Assembly: GCA_963718235.1 (NCBI GenBank)
Contig: CAVQYR010000002.1
Location: forward strand, 704,001 to 768,000
Direction: 5' to 3'
Length of the DNA stretch: 64,000 nucleotides
DNA from: an uncultured Actinomycetota bacterium
GTDB lineage: Bacteria; Actinomycetota; Actinomycetes; JAHEKZ01
Shown: one piece after another, positions 55,184 through 64,000 of the stretch
Numbering within the stretch: the stretch's first letter is position 1
How the letters are laid out: each line of letters opens with the position of its first letter
Program-made: the position numbers and the translations under genes
The notes under the pieces: model-generated
Told to the model about the DNA's origin: nothing
Seen by the model: the letters and a program-made list of their open reading frames with translations, nothing else
Database searches by the model: none

Positions 55184-56608
55184 GTGACCGACCCCGAGGG
55201 GCGCCGTACGCCTCGAACCCTGGCCGAGAAGGTGTGGGACGCCCACGTCGTGCGCCGGGTCGAGGGCGAGCCCGACCTCCTGTACATCGACCTGCACCTC
55301 GTGCACGAGGTGACCAGCCCGCAGGCGTTCGACGGTTTGCGGGCGTCCGGGCGCTCGGTGCGGCGTCCTGACCTGACACTGGCGACCGAGGACCACAACG
55401 TCCCGACGCTCGACATCGAGACGCCGATCGCCGACCCGGTCTCCCGGGCCCAGGTCGACGCCCTGCGCGCGAACTGCGCGGAGTTCGGGGTGCCGCTGTA
55501 CGCGCTCGGCTCGGCCGAGCAGGGGATCGTGCACGTGGTCGGACCCCAGCTCGGGCTGACCCAGCCCGGCATGACGGTCGTCTGCGGCGACAGCCACACC
55601 TCGACCCACGGTGCGTTCGGGGCCCTCGCCTTCGGCATCGGGACCAGTGAGGTCGAGCACGTCCTGGCCACGCAGACCTTGTCCCTCAAGCCTTTCCGGA
55701 CGATGGCGGTCACGGTCACCGGGTCCCTGCCCGAGGGGGTCACCGCCAAGGACCTGATCCTGGCTGTGATCACTGCGATCGGCACCGGTGGTGGGCAGGG
55801 CTACGTCATCGAGTACCGGGGAGAGGCGATCCGGTCGTTGTCGATGGAGGCCCGGATGACGGTCTGCAACATGTCGATCGAGGCCGGCGCCCGGGCCGGG
55901 ATGATCGCTCCGGACGACACGACCTTCGAGTACGTCCAGGGCCGGCCGCACGCGCCGAAGGGCGAACAGTGGGAGGACGCCGTTGCGTGGTGGAGCACGC
56001 TCAGCACCGACGACGACGCCGTCTTCGACCACGAGGTCGTGATCGACGCCTCGACCCTGGAGCCCTTCGTCACCTGGGGCACCAACCCCGGGCAAGGTGT
56101 CCCGCTGTCGGCAGTGGTGCCTGACCCGGCCGCACTGGCCGACGCCGTCGAGCGGGCGGCCGCCGAGCGGGCTGTGGAGTACATGGGTCTGACTCCCGGG
56201 CAGCCGATGCGCGAGATCACCGTCGACACGGTGTTCGTCGGGTCGTGCACCAACGGACGGATCGAGGACCTCCGGGCGGCCGCCGAGGTGCTGCGCGGGC
56301 GCCGGGTCGCCGACCACGTGCGCGTGCTGGTCGTCCCCGGTTCGGTCCGGGTCCGGCTGCAGGCCGAGGCAGAGGGCCTCGACCAGGTCTTCACCCGGGC
56401 GGGTGCGGAGTGGCGCCACGCCGGCTGCTCGATGTGCCTGGGCATGAACCCCGACCAGCTCGCGCCCGGTGAGCGCAGCGCATCGACGTCCAACCGCAAC
56501 TTCGAGGGCCGGCAGGGCAAGGGCGGGCGGACCCACCTGGTGTCTCCCGCTGTGGCTGCGGCTACGGCGGTGACCGGCCACCTGGCCAGCCCGGCTGACC
56601 TGACCTGA
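55184..56608 (+). CDS. leuC: 3-isopropylmalate dehydratase large subunit
   Basis: [43 protein letters not shown]. Confidence 0.97.
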   Translation: MTDPEGRRTPRTLAEKVWDAHVVRRVEGEPDLLYIDLHLVHEVTSPQAFDGLRASGRSVRRPDLTLATEDHNVPTLDIETPIADPVSRAQVDALRANCAEFGVPLYALGSAEQGIVHVVGPQLGLTQPGMTVVCGDSHTSTHGAFGALAFGIGTSEVEHVLATQTLSLKPFRTMAVTVTGSLPEGVTAKDLILAVITAIGTGGGQGYVIEYRGEAIRSLSMEARMTVCNMSIEAGARAGMIAPDDTTFEYVQGRPHAPKGEQWEDAVAWWSTLSTDDDAVFDHEVVIDASTLEPFVTWGTNPGQGVPLSAVVPDPAALADAVERAAAERAVEYMGLTPGQPMREITVDTVFVGSCTNGRIEDLRAAAEVLRGRRVADHVRVLVVPGSVRVRLQAEAEGLDQVFTRAGAEWRHAGCSMCLGMNPDQLAPGERSASTSNRNFEGRQGKGGRTHLVSPAVAAATAVTGHLASPADLT

Positions 56609-56634
56609 CCACCGCGAACCGAGCAGGAGACGAC

Positions 56635-57222
56635 ATGGAACCGTTCACCCAGCACCGTGGCCGAGTCCTGCCGCTTCGCCGCGGAAACGTGGACACCGAC
56701 CAGATCATCCCGGCGGTCTACCTCAAGCGGATCACCCGGTCGGGCTTCGAGGACGGGTTGTTCGCCGCCTGGCGGTCCGACCCCGACTTCGTCCTGAACC
56801 AAGCGCAGTACGAAGGGGCGAGTGTCCTCGTCGCCGGCCCGGAGTTCGGCACCGGCTCGTCGCGGGAGCACGCCGTGTGGGCCCTGCAGAACTACGGGTT
56901 CGCCGTGGTCATCTCGCCCCGGTTCGCCGACATCTTCCGGGGGAACTCGCTGAAGGGTGGACTGCTGACCGTCGAGCTGCCCACGGAGATCGTGGAGGCG
57001 CTGTGGGCCAGGGCCGAACGTCGGCCCGAGGCCGACATCGAGGTCGACCTGGTGGCACGCGAGGTTCGTTTCGACGGTGAGACGGTGCCGTTCTCCCTGG
57101 ATGACTATGCGCGGTGGCGGTTGATGGAGGGGCTCGACGACATCGGAATGACCCTGGGGCGAGTGGTCGAGATCACCGATTTCGAGGCCCAGCGCCAGGG
57201 ATTTCTTCCCACGACCCGGTGA
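56635..57222 (+). CDS. leuD: 3-isopropylmalate dehydratase small subunit
   Basis: [29 protein letters not shown]. Confidence 0.97.
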   Translation: MEPFTQHRGRVLPLRRGNVDTDQIIPAVYLKRITRSGFEDGLFAAWRSDPDFVLNQAQYEGASVLVAGPEFGTGSSREHAVWALQNYGFAVVISPRFADIFRGNSLKGGLLTVELPTEIVEALWARAERRPEADIEVDLVAREVRFDGETVPFSLDDYARWRLMEGLDDIGMTLGRVVEITDFEAQRQGFLPTTR

Positions 57223-57383
57223 CCCCTCGACCGGGCCGACCCGATCGACGAATTCGAAGCGCCGAATCGCGTTGCGACACAACGGAAATCGACCCCCCGC
57301 GGTTGTTGTGTCGAGGCGTGTGATTGCCTAACGTCAGAACAGTCGGGGGATCCACCTGACATCAGGCTTTCGAAGGGGAAGTA

Positions 57384-57964
57384 GTGAACAAGGCCCAACT
57401 CATCGACGCGCTCGCCGAGCGCTTGAACGTCAGCCGCCGCGAAGCCCAGCACGCCCTGGACTCGATGCTCGACATCGTCGTGCGCAGTGTCCAGAAGGGC
57501 GAGGCCGTGGCCGTCACCGGTTTCGGCAAGTTCGACCGCCGGATCCGTCCTGCCGGTACGGCCCGCAACCCGCGTACGGGTGCGGTCGTGAAGACCAAGA
57601 AGAAGGCCGTGCCGAAGTTCGTTCCTGGTGCGGAGTTCAAGGCTGTCGTGTCCGGCCAGAAGAAGCTGGCTGCTGCGCCGAAGGCCGCTGCTCCGGCCAA
57701 GAAGGCTCCGGCCAAGAAGGCCCCGGCTCGCAAGACGGCGGCCAAGAAGGCCCCGGCTCGCAAGACGGTCGCCAAGAAGGCCCCGGCCCGTAAGACGGCG
57801 GCCAAGAAGGCTCCGGCCCGTAAGGCTCCGGCCCGAAGGCTCCGGCTCGTAAGGCTCCGGCCCGCAAGACGGTCGCCAAGAAGGCCCCGGCTCGCAAGAC
57901 GGCGGCCAAGAAGGCCCCGGCCCGCAAGACCACCGCGAAGAAGGCTCCTGCGCGCAAGCGCTGA
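57384..57964 (+). CDS. hup: HU protein with Lys/Ala-rich tail (HupB/HupS type); frameshift near 57835
   Basis: MNKAQLI, VTGFGKF, ARNPRTG, KAPARKT repeats; corrected frame stops at TGA 57962-57964. Confidence 0.93.
57697..57960 (+). repeat. Coding tandem repeats of 30 bp (KKAPARKTAA) and 15 bp (KAPAR)
   Basis: AAGAAGGCYCCGGCYCGYAAGACGG units repeated. Confidence 0.9.
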
Positions 57965-57975
57965 CCTCTCGTCCC

Positions 57976-58011
57976 GAAGGCCCGGTCTCCCCGTGGGGAG
58001 GCCGGGCCTTC
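57976..58011. terminator. Hairpin terminator between convergent hup and cofC
   Basis: GAAGGCCCGGTCTCCCC-GT-GGGGAGGCCGGGCCTTC. Confidence 0.8.
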
Positions 58012-58039
58012 GGTGTGATCGGGGGCGGGTGCTCAGCGG

Positions 58040-58888
58040 TCAGCCCGGTCGAGGGAACGTGGCGATACCGACCGAGGTCAGCACGCCGTCGTCGTCGTAG
58101 TCGAGCCTGACCCGCTGGCCCAGGCGGAGCTTGAGCGCCCCGCCGGCGTCGAAGGCACCGGCGTCGAAGGCGAGCTCGAGGCCGTCGTCGCGCAGCACGG
58201 TGCCCGACCGGTTCGACGGGTCGAAGCTGCGCACGGTGGCCTGGACCACGGAGCCCGTCACGCGACGAAGGCTACTGGGACCGATGATCACAGCGCTGGT
58301 GGCCGTCCCCACGGTCGCGGCGGCGGCGTCCAGGTCGTCGATGACGTCGACGTCCAGTCGAAGGCCCGGGCCCGCCGACGCGCTCAGGTCGAGCGCACCT
58401 CCCGCCAGGTGCCGGGCCAGGGAGCCGACACCGAACCGGGGGTGCAGCCGACTCGGCTCCGTGGCCAGCAGCAGCGTGGTGCCGTGGCCCTCGCGGTCGC
58501 CGACGACTGCGGCGCCGTGCTCGGGTGCGGAGTCGAGCAGCAGGGCGAGCTCGTCGGGCCTCGCGCTCGGCAGGTCGGCGACCATCACGACGACGGGCTG
58601 ACCGCTGGGCAGGTCCTCGACGGCCGCTACGAGACAACGGTTGAGGTCGCCAGCACCGTCGTCGCGGACCACCCGGACGCCGGTCCGCGGGACCGCCCGG
58701 GCCACGACCGGGTCTCCGGTCACCACCAGTACCTCACGCACCGACGGTGTCCTCACCGCCGCCTGGATGGTGTCCAGGGCCATCGCCAGGGCCAGCTCGG
58801 GGCGACGGGGGTGCGCCATCCGAGTCTTGGCCGATTCCAGGTTCTTCACCGGGACGACGACGACCCAGGAACGCGTGGGGGAGGTCAC
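58040..58888 (-). CDS. cofC: 2-phospho-L-lactate/PEP guanylyltransferase read in frame into a small OB/cold-shock-like domain
   Basis: VVPVKNLESAKTRM, ADLP, GTTLL, FGVGSLARH, LDVD; C-terminal QATV..FD..G..LRLGQRV domain. Confidence 0.85.
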   Translation of the reverse strand: MTSPTRSWVVVVPVKNLESAKTRMAHPRRPELALAMALDTIQAAVRTPSVREVLVVTGDPVVARAVPRTGVRVVRDDGAGDLNRCLVAAVEDLPSGQPVVVMVADLPSARPDELALLLDSAPEHGAAVVGDREGHGTTLLLATEPSRLHPRFGVGSLARHLAGGALDLSASAGPGLRLDVDVIDDLDAAAATVGTATSAVIIGPSSLRRVTGSVVQATVRSFDPSNRSGTVLRDDGLELAFDAGAFDAGGALKLRLGQRVRLDYDDDGVLTSVGIATFPRPG

Positions 58889-58971
58889 CCGGTGATCCTG
58901 CCAAGTCGCTGGCGCGGCCGCTCGACACGGGCCCGCACGCGGGTGAGACTGACGCGGCGAAGGGAGAACTG

Positions 58972-59733
58972 TTGACGAGCGACCACGAGGCTCCGGCCTA
59001 CCGGTTGGCCCGTGCCGTTCTCCGCCCGCCGCTGATGGTCGTGACCCGTCGCGACTGGCGGGGCGCCGAGCACATCCCGGCAACCGGCGGCTGTGTCGTG
59101 GCGACGAACCACCTGTCCCACGTCGACCCCTTCACCTTCGCCCACTTCGTCAACGACGCCGGCCGGGCCCCCAGGTTCCTCGCCAAGTCGGAGGTCTTCG
59201 ACCTCCCGGTCGCGGGGTCGATCATCCGCAGCGCCGGGCAGATCCCGGTCTTTCGGGAGACCAAGGATGCTGCGCACGCCTTTCGGGCCGCGGTCGAGGC
59301 GGTCGAGTCCGGTGAGTGCGTGGTGATCTACCCCGAGGGCACGCTCACCCGGGACCCAGCACTGTGGCCGATGACGGGCAAGACCGGCGCGGCCCGGATC
59401 GGGCTGACGACGGGGTGCCCCGTGATCCCGGTCGCCCAGTGGGGACCCCAGCGGGTCCTCGCGCCCTACCGGCGCTTCCCCAAGCTGGTGCCGCGCAGCG
59501 TGATGCACGTGTGGGCCGGGCCTCCCGTCGACTTCTCCGACCTGGTCGAGCGTCCCCGCACGACCGAGGTGCTGCGCACCGCGACCAACCGGATCATGGC
59601 CGACATCGTGGCGCTGATGGAGCAGATGCGCGGCGAGACGGCGCCTCCGGTGCGGTTCGACCCACGCACCGCACACGTGCCGATGACGGGCAACCCGGCC
59701 CGGGCCACGCCCGACGGCGAGCAGGCCAGCTGA
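58972..59733 (+). CDS. plsC: 1-acyl-glycerol-3-phosphate acyltransferase family
   Basis: NHLSHVD, FLAKSE, IYPEGT, KTGAAR. Confidence 0.88.
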   Translation: MTSDHEAPAYRLARAVLRPPLMVVTRRDWRGAEHIPATGGCVVATNHLSHVDPFTFAHFVNDAGRAPRFLAKSEVFDLPVAGSIIRSAGQIPVFRETKDAAHAFRAAVEAVESGECVVIYPEGTLTRDPALWPMTGKTGAARIGLTTGCPVIPVAQWGPQRVLAPYRRFPKLVPRSVMHVWAGPPVDFSDLVERPRTTEVLRTATNRIMADIVALMEQMRGETAPPVRFDPRTAHVPMTGNPARATPDGEQAS

Positions 59734-60728
59734 TGCGAGCCGCGGTCATGGGTGCCGGGTCGTGGGGCACCGCGTACGGCATGCTGCTCGCCGATGCCGG
59801 TCACGACGTGGTCCTGTGGGGGCGCGACCCTGAGCTGTGCGAGGCCATCAACGGCACGCATGTGAACGCCAAGTACCTGCCCGGGGTCGTCCTGCCTGAG
59901 CGGTTGTCCGCCAGCGCAGATCCGGGATCGGCGCTGGCCGGGGCCGAGCTGGTCGTGCTCGCCGTCCCGTCGCAGACGCTGCGGCAGAACTTGACCGCGT
60001 GGGGCTCCGACGTGCCGGGCGAGGTTCCTGTGGTCAGCCTGATGAAGGGCCTGGAGCTGCAGACCCGGCAGCGGATGAGTCAGGTGGTGTCCGACGTGCT
60101 GGGCACGCCGGCGCGGTTGGTGGCGGTGGTCTCCGGACCCAACCTGGCCCGGGAGATCGCGGCCCACCAGCCGGCGGCCACCGTGGTTGCGTGCGTCGAC
60201 GAACAGGTCGCCCAACGTGTGCAGGCAGCGTCGCTGACCCCGTACTTCCGCCCGTACACCAACGTCGACGTGGTGGGGGTCGAGCTCGGTGGAGTGGTCA
60301 AGAACGTCATCGCCCTGGCCACAGGAATGGCCGAGGGCATGGGTTTCGGGGACAACACCAAGGCGAGCATCATCACGCGCGGGCTCGCCGAGATGACCCG
60401 GCTGGGGGTGGCGATGGGTGCGGACCCGCTGACCTTCGCCGGTCTGGCCGGCGTGGGTGACCTGGTGGCGACCTGCATGTCGCCGCTGTCGCGCAACCGC
60501 ACTTTCGGGGAGAACCTCGGCCGGGGTATGACGCTTGACGACGTCGTGGCCGCCACCCATCAGACCGCCGAGGGAGTCAAGTCGAGCCGGGCAGTGCTCG
60601 ACCTCGCCAGGGACCTTGGGGTCGACATGCCGATCGCCGAGCACGTGGTGGCCGTGGTCCACGAGGGCATGGCACCCAAGGACATGGTGCGCAGCATCAT
60701 GAGCCGCGAGACCAAAGCCGAACGCTGA
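59733..60728 (+). CDS. gpsA: NAD(P)H-dependent glycerol-3-phosphate dehydrogenase
   Basis: GAGSWGTA, SGPNLARE, KNVIA, GDLVATC, SRNR. Confidence 0.96.
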   Translation: MRAAVMGAGSWGTAYGMLLADAGHDVVLWGRDPELCEAINGTHVNAKYLPGVVLPERLSASADPGSALAGAELVVLAVPSQTLRQNLTAWGSDVPGEVPVVSLMKGLELQTRQRMSQVVSDVLGTPARLVAVVSGPNLAREIAAHQPAATVVACVDEQVAQRVQAASLTPYFRPYTNVDVVGVELGGVVKNVIALATGMAEGMGFGDNTKASIITRGLAEMTRLGVAMGADPLTFAGLAGVGDLVATCMSPLSRNRTFGENLGRGMTLDDVVAATHQTAEGVKSSRAVLDLARDLGVDMPIAEHVVAVVHEGMAPKDMVRSIMSRETKAER

Positions 60729-60799
60729 GCCCGCCCCCGCCGATCGTGGCGGGCTCCACGTGGGAGTAGGGCCCTACAGTTGCCGACCAGGAGGACGCC

Positions 60800-60991
60800 A
60801 TGGAGTACCTGCTCTACATCGCCTTACCCCTGGCGATTGCGTTCGGTCTCCTTGCATGGACGCGTCGACACGGCAATTCCGGCCGGCGGCGGGGGGATCC
60901 TCAGGGTCACCGGGACCTCGGCAAGCAAGGCCTACCCGGTGCTGCACCCAACACCCCCGGGGAGGGCCTCGGCGGCGGCTTCGGTTCGTGA
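60800..60991 (+). CDS. Small single-TM protein with Gly-rich tail
   Basis: RBS AGGAGG, hydrophobic N-terminal helix followed by a basic stretch. Confidence 0.65.
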   Translation: MEYLLYIALPLAIAFGLLAWTRRHGNSGRRRGDPQGHRDLGKQGLPGAAPNTPGEGLGGGFGS

Positions 60992-61046
60992 TCGAGCCGC
61001 CGGGCCGCCGGACCCCCAGGTCGCCCAGCGGCTCGGTCGGTGGTGC

Positions 61047-61706
61047 TCACAGGCCCCAGAAGGGGCCGGAGAGACCCGCGTCCCGCAGGTAGTCCTGGGC
61101 GACCGACGGCTCGCGCCTGACGTAGCCGCGATCGAGCCGTCCTTCGTACCACCGCGAGGCGAGCCGCCACAGGGTCGGCAGATCCATCACATAGCCCTCG
61201 GCCTGGTGGGTCCGAACCAACCACTCCGCGACGCAGCTGGGGGAGCAGAAGACCCTCTGGTTGCCGCAGGTGTGGACGACGTCGTCCCACATCTGCGCCG
61301 CCGGGACGAGGAAGTGGGCGACCTGGTCGCCCACCGGCGGCCGCTCGCGTCCCACGGACCACGCGTGGGGTCGGGCACATGCGGGGCAACGAGTGGCGAC
61401 GAGGACCTCGTCCTCCCAGGGCAGCAGGTGCGGAAGGGCGAAGGAGTCCCAGGCGCACCCACCCCACCACAACGTGTTCTGGCCCATCACCGAGAAGCCC
61501 AGCGGGACGGAGGAGAACGGGTGGGCCATGACGATCGCACCGTCGTCGCCCAGCACCACGTGTCGGTTCCTCGCCAGGGCACCCAGAGCGTCGTCGACCT
61601 CCGACGTATCGACGCCGAACCGGTCCGCCAGATCAGCGGTGCTGGGTGCACGGCCCGCGCGGCTGAACGTCTCGTACACGGCAAGGCGTACGTCCTCGGC
61701 ATCCAT
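61047..61706 (-). CDS. MerB-like (organomercurial lyase family) protein
   Basis: N-terminal HTH-like segment, AHPFS..P, GCAWDS (Cys/Asp), CPAC, HTC..FCS. Confidence 0.78.
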   Translation of the reverse strand: MDAEDVRLAVYETFSRAGRAPSTADLADRFGVDTSEVDDALGALARNRHVVLGDDGAIVMAHPFSSVPLGFSVMGQNTLWWGGCAWDSFALPHLLPWEDEVLVATRCPACARPHAWSVGRERPPVGDQVAHFLVPAAQMWDDVVHTCGNQRVFCSPSCVAEWLVRTHQAEGYVMDLPTLWRLASRWYEGRLDRGYVRREPSVAQDYLRDAGLSGPFWGL

Positions 61707-61723
61707 CGGGACCTGCCGGCGCG

Positions 61724-62191
61724 CTACAGCACCAGGGGCTTGATCGGGGCGGCGATCAGGCTCGGGTCGCTGCGCCAGTCGACGCCGGGCACGTCGATGT
61801 AGAGCTCGATCTCGTTGCCGTCGGGGTCGGCGATGTAGAGGCTGTGCGTCACCGTGTGGTCGCTGGCGCCGAGCACCTCGACGTCGTTCGCCTTCAGCGT
61901 CGCCAGGGCTTCGCGCAGCTCGTCGTCGCTGTCGCCGACTTTGAGTCCGAAGTGGTAGAGACCGACGCGGCGACCGGCCGGGAGCGTTGCGGCGTCTGGC
62001 CCGACCTCGATGAGCAGCAGCTCGTGATGCGTTCGGTCAGAGGGCGCCGAGAACCCTGCTGCCCGAAACGGCAGCGGGTCGGCACCGCCACCGAGGATCG
62101 CCCGCCAGCCGAGCACGTCGCGGTAGAACCGCACCGAACGGTCCAGGTCTCGGACATAGAGCACCAAGTGACCGAGCTCTTTGATCTCCAC
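61724..62191 (-). CDS. VOC/glyoxalase-family protein
   Basis: LGHLVLYVRDL, HHELLL, GLYHFG, SLYIADPDGNEIELY; RBS GGAG before GTG 62191. Confidence 0.88.
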   Translation of the reverse strand: MEIKELGHLVLYVRDLDRSVRFYRDVLGWRAILGGGADPLPFRAAGFSAPSDRTHHELLLIEVGPDAATLPAGRRVGLYHFGLKVGDSDDELREALATLKANDVEVLGASDHTVTHSLYIADPDGNEIELYIDVPGVDWRSDPSLIAAPIKPLVL

Positions 62192-62296
62192 CGCGTCTCC
62201 CTGCGTGGCCAACCGTGCCTTGTCCTCGGAAATGTAGTGCAGATCGTCAGCGCGACCGCCAGGGCAGCACTCAGCCTCGGGGTCGCTGACGTCGTG

Positions 62297-63391
62297 TCAC
62301 ACCGGGTCGACGATGCCGGTACGGCTCAGCTCCAGTGCGGCCGCCAGGTCGGACCACAGGTCCTCGGGGGACTCCAGGCCGACGCTGAGCCGGAGCAGGC
62401 CGTCGGGAACGTCGGGAGACTCGTCCGGCCAGCGCCGTCGGCGCTCCAGGCTCGACTCGACCCCGCCAAGGCTCGTCGCGGGCACCCACAGCCGCACCGC
62501 GTCGACGACCGAGTCCGCGGCAGTCGCGTCGGCCACCTCGACCGCGATCATGGCGCCGAACCCCGGGTAGCGGACCCGGACGACCGACGGATGGCCGCCC
62601 AGCCGCTCGGCGAGCCACCCTGCCGACGACTCGGCCCGGTCGAGGCGGACCGCCAGTGTCCGCAGGCCGCGCAGGGCCAGCCAGGTCTCCATCGGTCCGG
62701 CGACGCCACCGGTCCGCGTCCGGATGTCGGCCAGTCGCTGGTGCAGGTCGGCGCTCGCCGTAGACACGACGCCCATGAGCAGGTCGCTGTGGCCGGACAT
62801 GATCTTGGTCGCGCTGTGCATCGCGAGGTCGGCGCCCAGCTCGAGCGGGCGAATCCGCATCGGGGAGGCGAACGTGGCGTCGACGGCGACCAGCGCCTGT
62901 GCCCCGTGGGCGGCGCCGATCACCGCCTCGAGGTCGACGGTCTCCAGCATCGGGTTGGTCGGCGTCTCCACCCACACCAGGTCCGCCCCGCTGACGGCGT
63001 CACGCACAGCTGCGAGGTCCGAGCCGCCGACGAACCGCGCGGTGTAGCGCCCACCGTCGACGCCTGCTTCCAGCACGGTCCTCGTGCCCGAGTAGCCGAC
63101 CCGCGGCGCCACTACGACACCGTCGGGTGGCACCAGCTCCAGGACAGCGCCCAACGCGGCGAGCCCTGAGGCGAAGGCCAGCGAGCGGCCGCCCTCCAGC
63201 GCACCGACGACGTCCTCGAAGGCATCCCACGTCGGCTGGCCCGCCCTGGCGTACGCGCGCTCGCCGCCCTGCACGAACGTCGAGGCGAACGTGACCGGCG
63301 GGCTGAGCGGTGCGCCCGGCTCGCGGGGCGGTCGTCCGCTGGTGATGAGCGCGGTCTCCAGGGACGTCGAGGCTGGCTGGTCGGTGTCCAT
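62297..63391 (-). CDS. Cys/Met-metabolism PLP enzyme (cystathionine gamma-lyase/synthase)
   Basis: FASGLAA, ETPTNP, VDATFASP, HSATKIMSGHSD, SLGGVES, RLSVGLE. Confidence 0.9.
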   Translation of the reverse strand: MDTDQPASTSLETALITSGRPPREPGAPLSPPVTFASTFVQGGERAYARAGQPTWDAFEDVVGALEGGRSLAFASGLAALGAVLELVPPDGVVVAPRVGYSGTRTVLEAGVDGGRYTARFVGGSDLAAVRDAVSGADLVWVETPTNPMLETVDLEAVIGAAHGAQALVAVDATFASPMRIRPLELGADLAMHSATKIMSGHSDLLMGVVSTASADLHQRLADIRTRTGGVAGPMETWLALRGLRTLAVRLDRAESSAGWLAERLGGHPSVVRVRYPGFGAMIAVEVADATAADSVVDAVRLWVPATSLGGVESSLERRRRWPDESPDVPDGLLRLSVGLESPEDLWSDLAAALELSRTGIVDPV

Positions 63392-63462
63392 GGGTTCATC
63401 GTCGCGTACGGGCTCGCGTGCCGGTCGGCGCCATCGTGACGGGTACGTCCTAGAGTCGTGCG

Positions 63463-64000
63463 GTGTCCACTTCCCCGCGCATTCGCGTCGCTGTGGTGTT
63501 CGGAGGGCGCAGCACCGAGCACGCCATCTCGTGCATCTCCGCCGGCAGCGTCCTGCGCGCTCTCGACCACGAGCGCTACGACGTCGTCCCGGTCGGCATC
63601 ACCCGCGACGGGGGCTGGGTGCTCGCCGCGGACGACCCGGACCATCTGGCCATCGAGGGTGGCGCGTTCCCGGAGATCACCTCCGACGGAACGGCGCTGG
63701 TCCTGGCCGGTGACCCCACCCAGCGCGAGCTCGTGGTCAGCGGGCCTGGGCAGACGCCGCACGAGCTCGCGGCCGTCGACGTGGTGTTCCCGCTGCTGCA
63801 CGGACCCTTCGGTGAGGATGGAACGGTGCAGGGGCTGCTCGAGCTGGCCGGTGTGCCGTACGTGGGCTCCGGCGTGCTGGCCAGCGCTGCGGGCATGGAC
63901 AAGGCGGTCGCCAAGACACTGCTGGCCGCCGCGGGGCTCGACCAGGCGCCTTACGTCGTCGTCACCGACCGCGACTGGCGTCTGCGCGCCGATGATGCCG
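63463..64000 (+). CDS. ddl: D-alanine--D-alanine ligase (5' part, runs off the window)
   Basis: Manual translation: [44 protein letters not shown]; leaderless (TAGAGT 63451). Confidence 0.95.
   Translation, partial: MSTSPRIRVAVVFGGRSTEHAISCISAGSVLRALDHERYDVVPVGITRDGGWVLAADDPDHLAIEGGAFPEITSDGTALVLAGDPTQRELVVSGPGQTPHELAAVDVVFPLLHGPFGEDGTVQGLLELAGVPYVGSGVLASAAGMDKAVAKTLLAAAGLDQAPYVVVTDRDWRLRADDA

Noticed and set aside
57697-57960. Regular 30/15-bp repeats resembling a CRISPR array
   Set aside because: No unique spacers; they encode the Lys/Ala-rich HU tail; no cas genes.

Overview
High-GC actinomycete core-genome segment. Gene order resembles the conserved Streptomyces/Actinomycetes region: meaB, icmA, cnoX, etfBA, iscS-mnmA-ligA, GGDEF/EAL, gatCAB, ilvD-ilvBNC, serA-leuB-ilvE, cimA, gltX with tRNA-Gln/Glu, ndgR-leuCD, hup, cofC, plsC-gpsA and ddl. 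Small accessory modules sit between these: an Rrf2-linked sulfonate-type ABC transporter, an MBOAT/SGNH O-acylation pair, a beta-propeller/MoaD-like pair, a kinase-flippase/PAP2/DUF2252 cluster, mscR with an MBL hydrolase, and an orphan MerB-like/VOC pair. I see no CRISPR array, transposase or prophage. Two leaderless leader-peptide attenuators (ilvB, cimA) and several operator palindromes are visible. Six frameshifts, several in essential genes, look like assembly indels. The least explained feature is a ~234-nt intergenic element between gatB and a dehydrogenase gene (25643-25876). It base-pairs end to end into a long rod with a side hairpin and a GCAA tetraloop on the minus strand, making it a candidate unannotated structured ncRNA. 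All calls come from reading motifs by eye; no database searches or folding programs were run.
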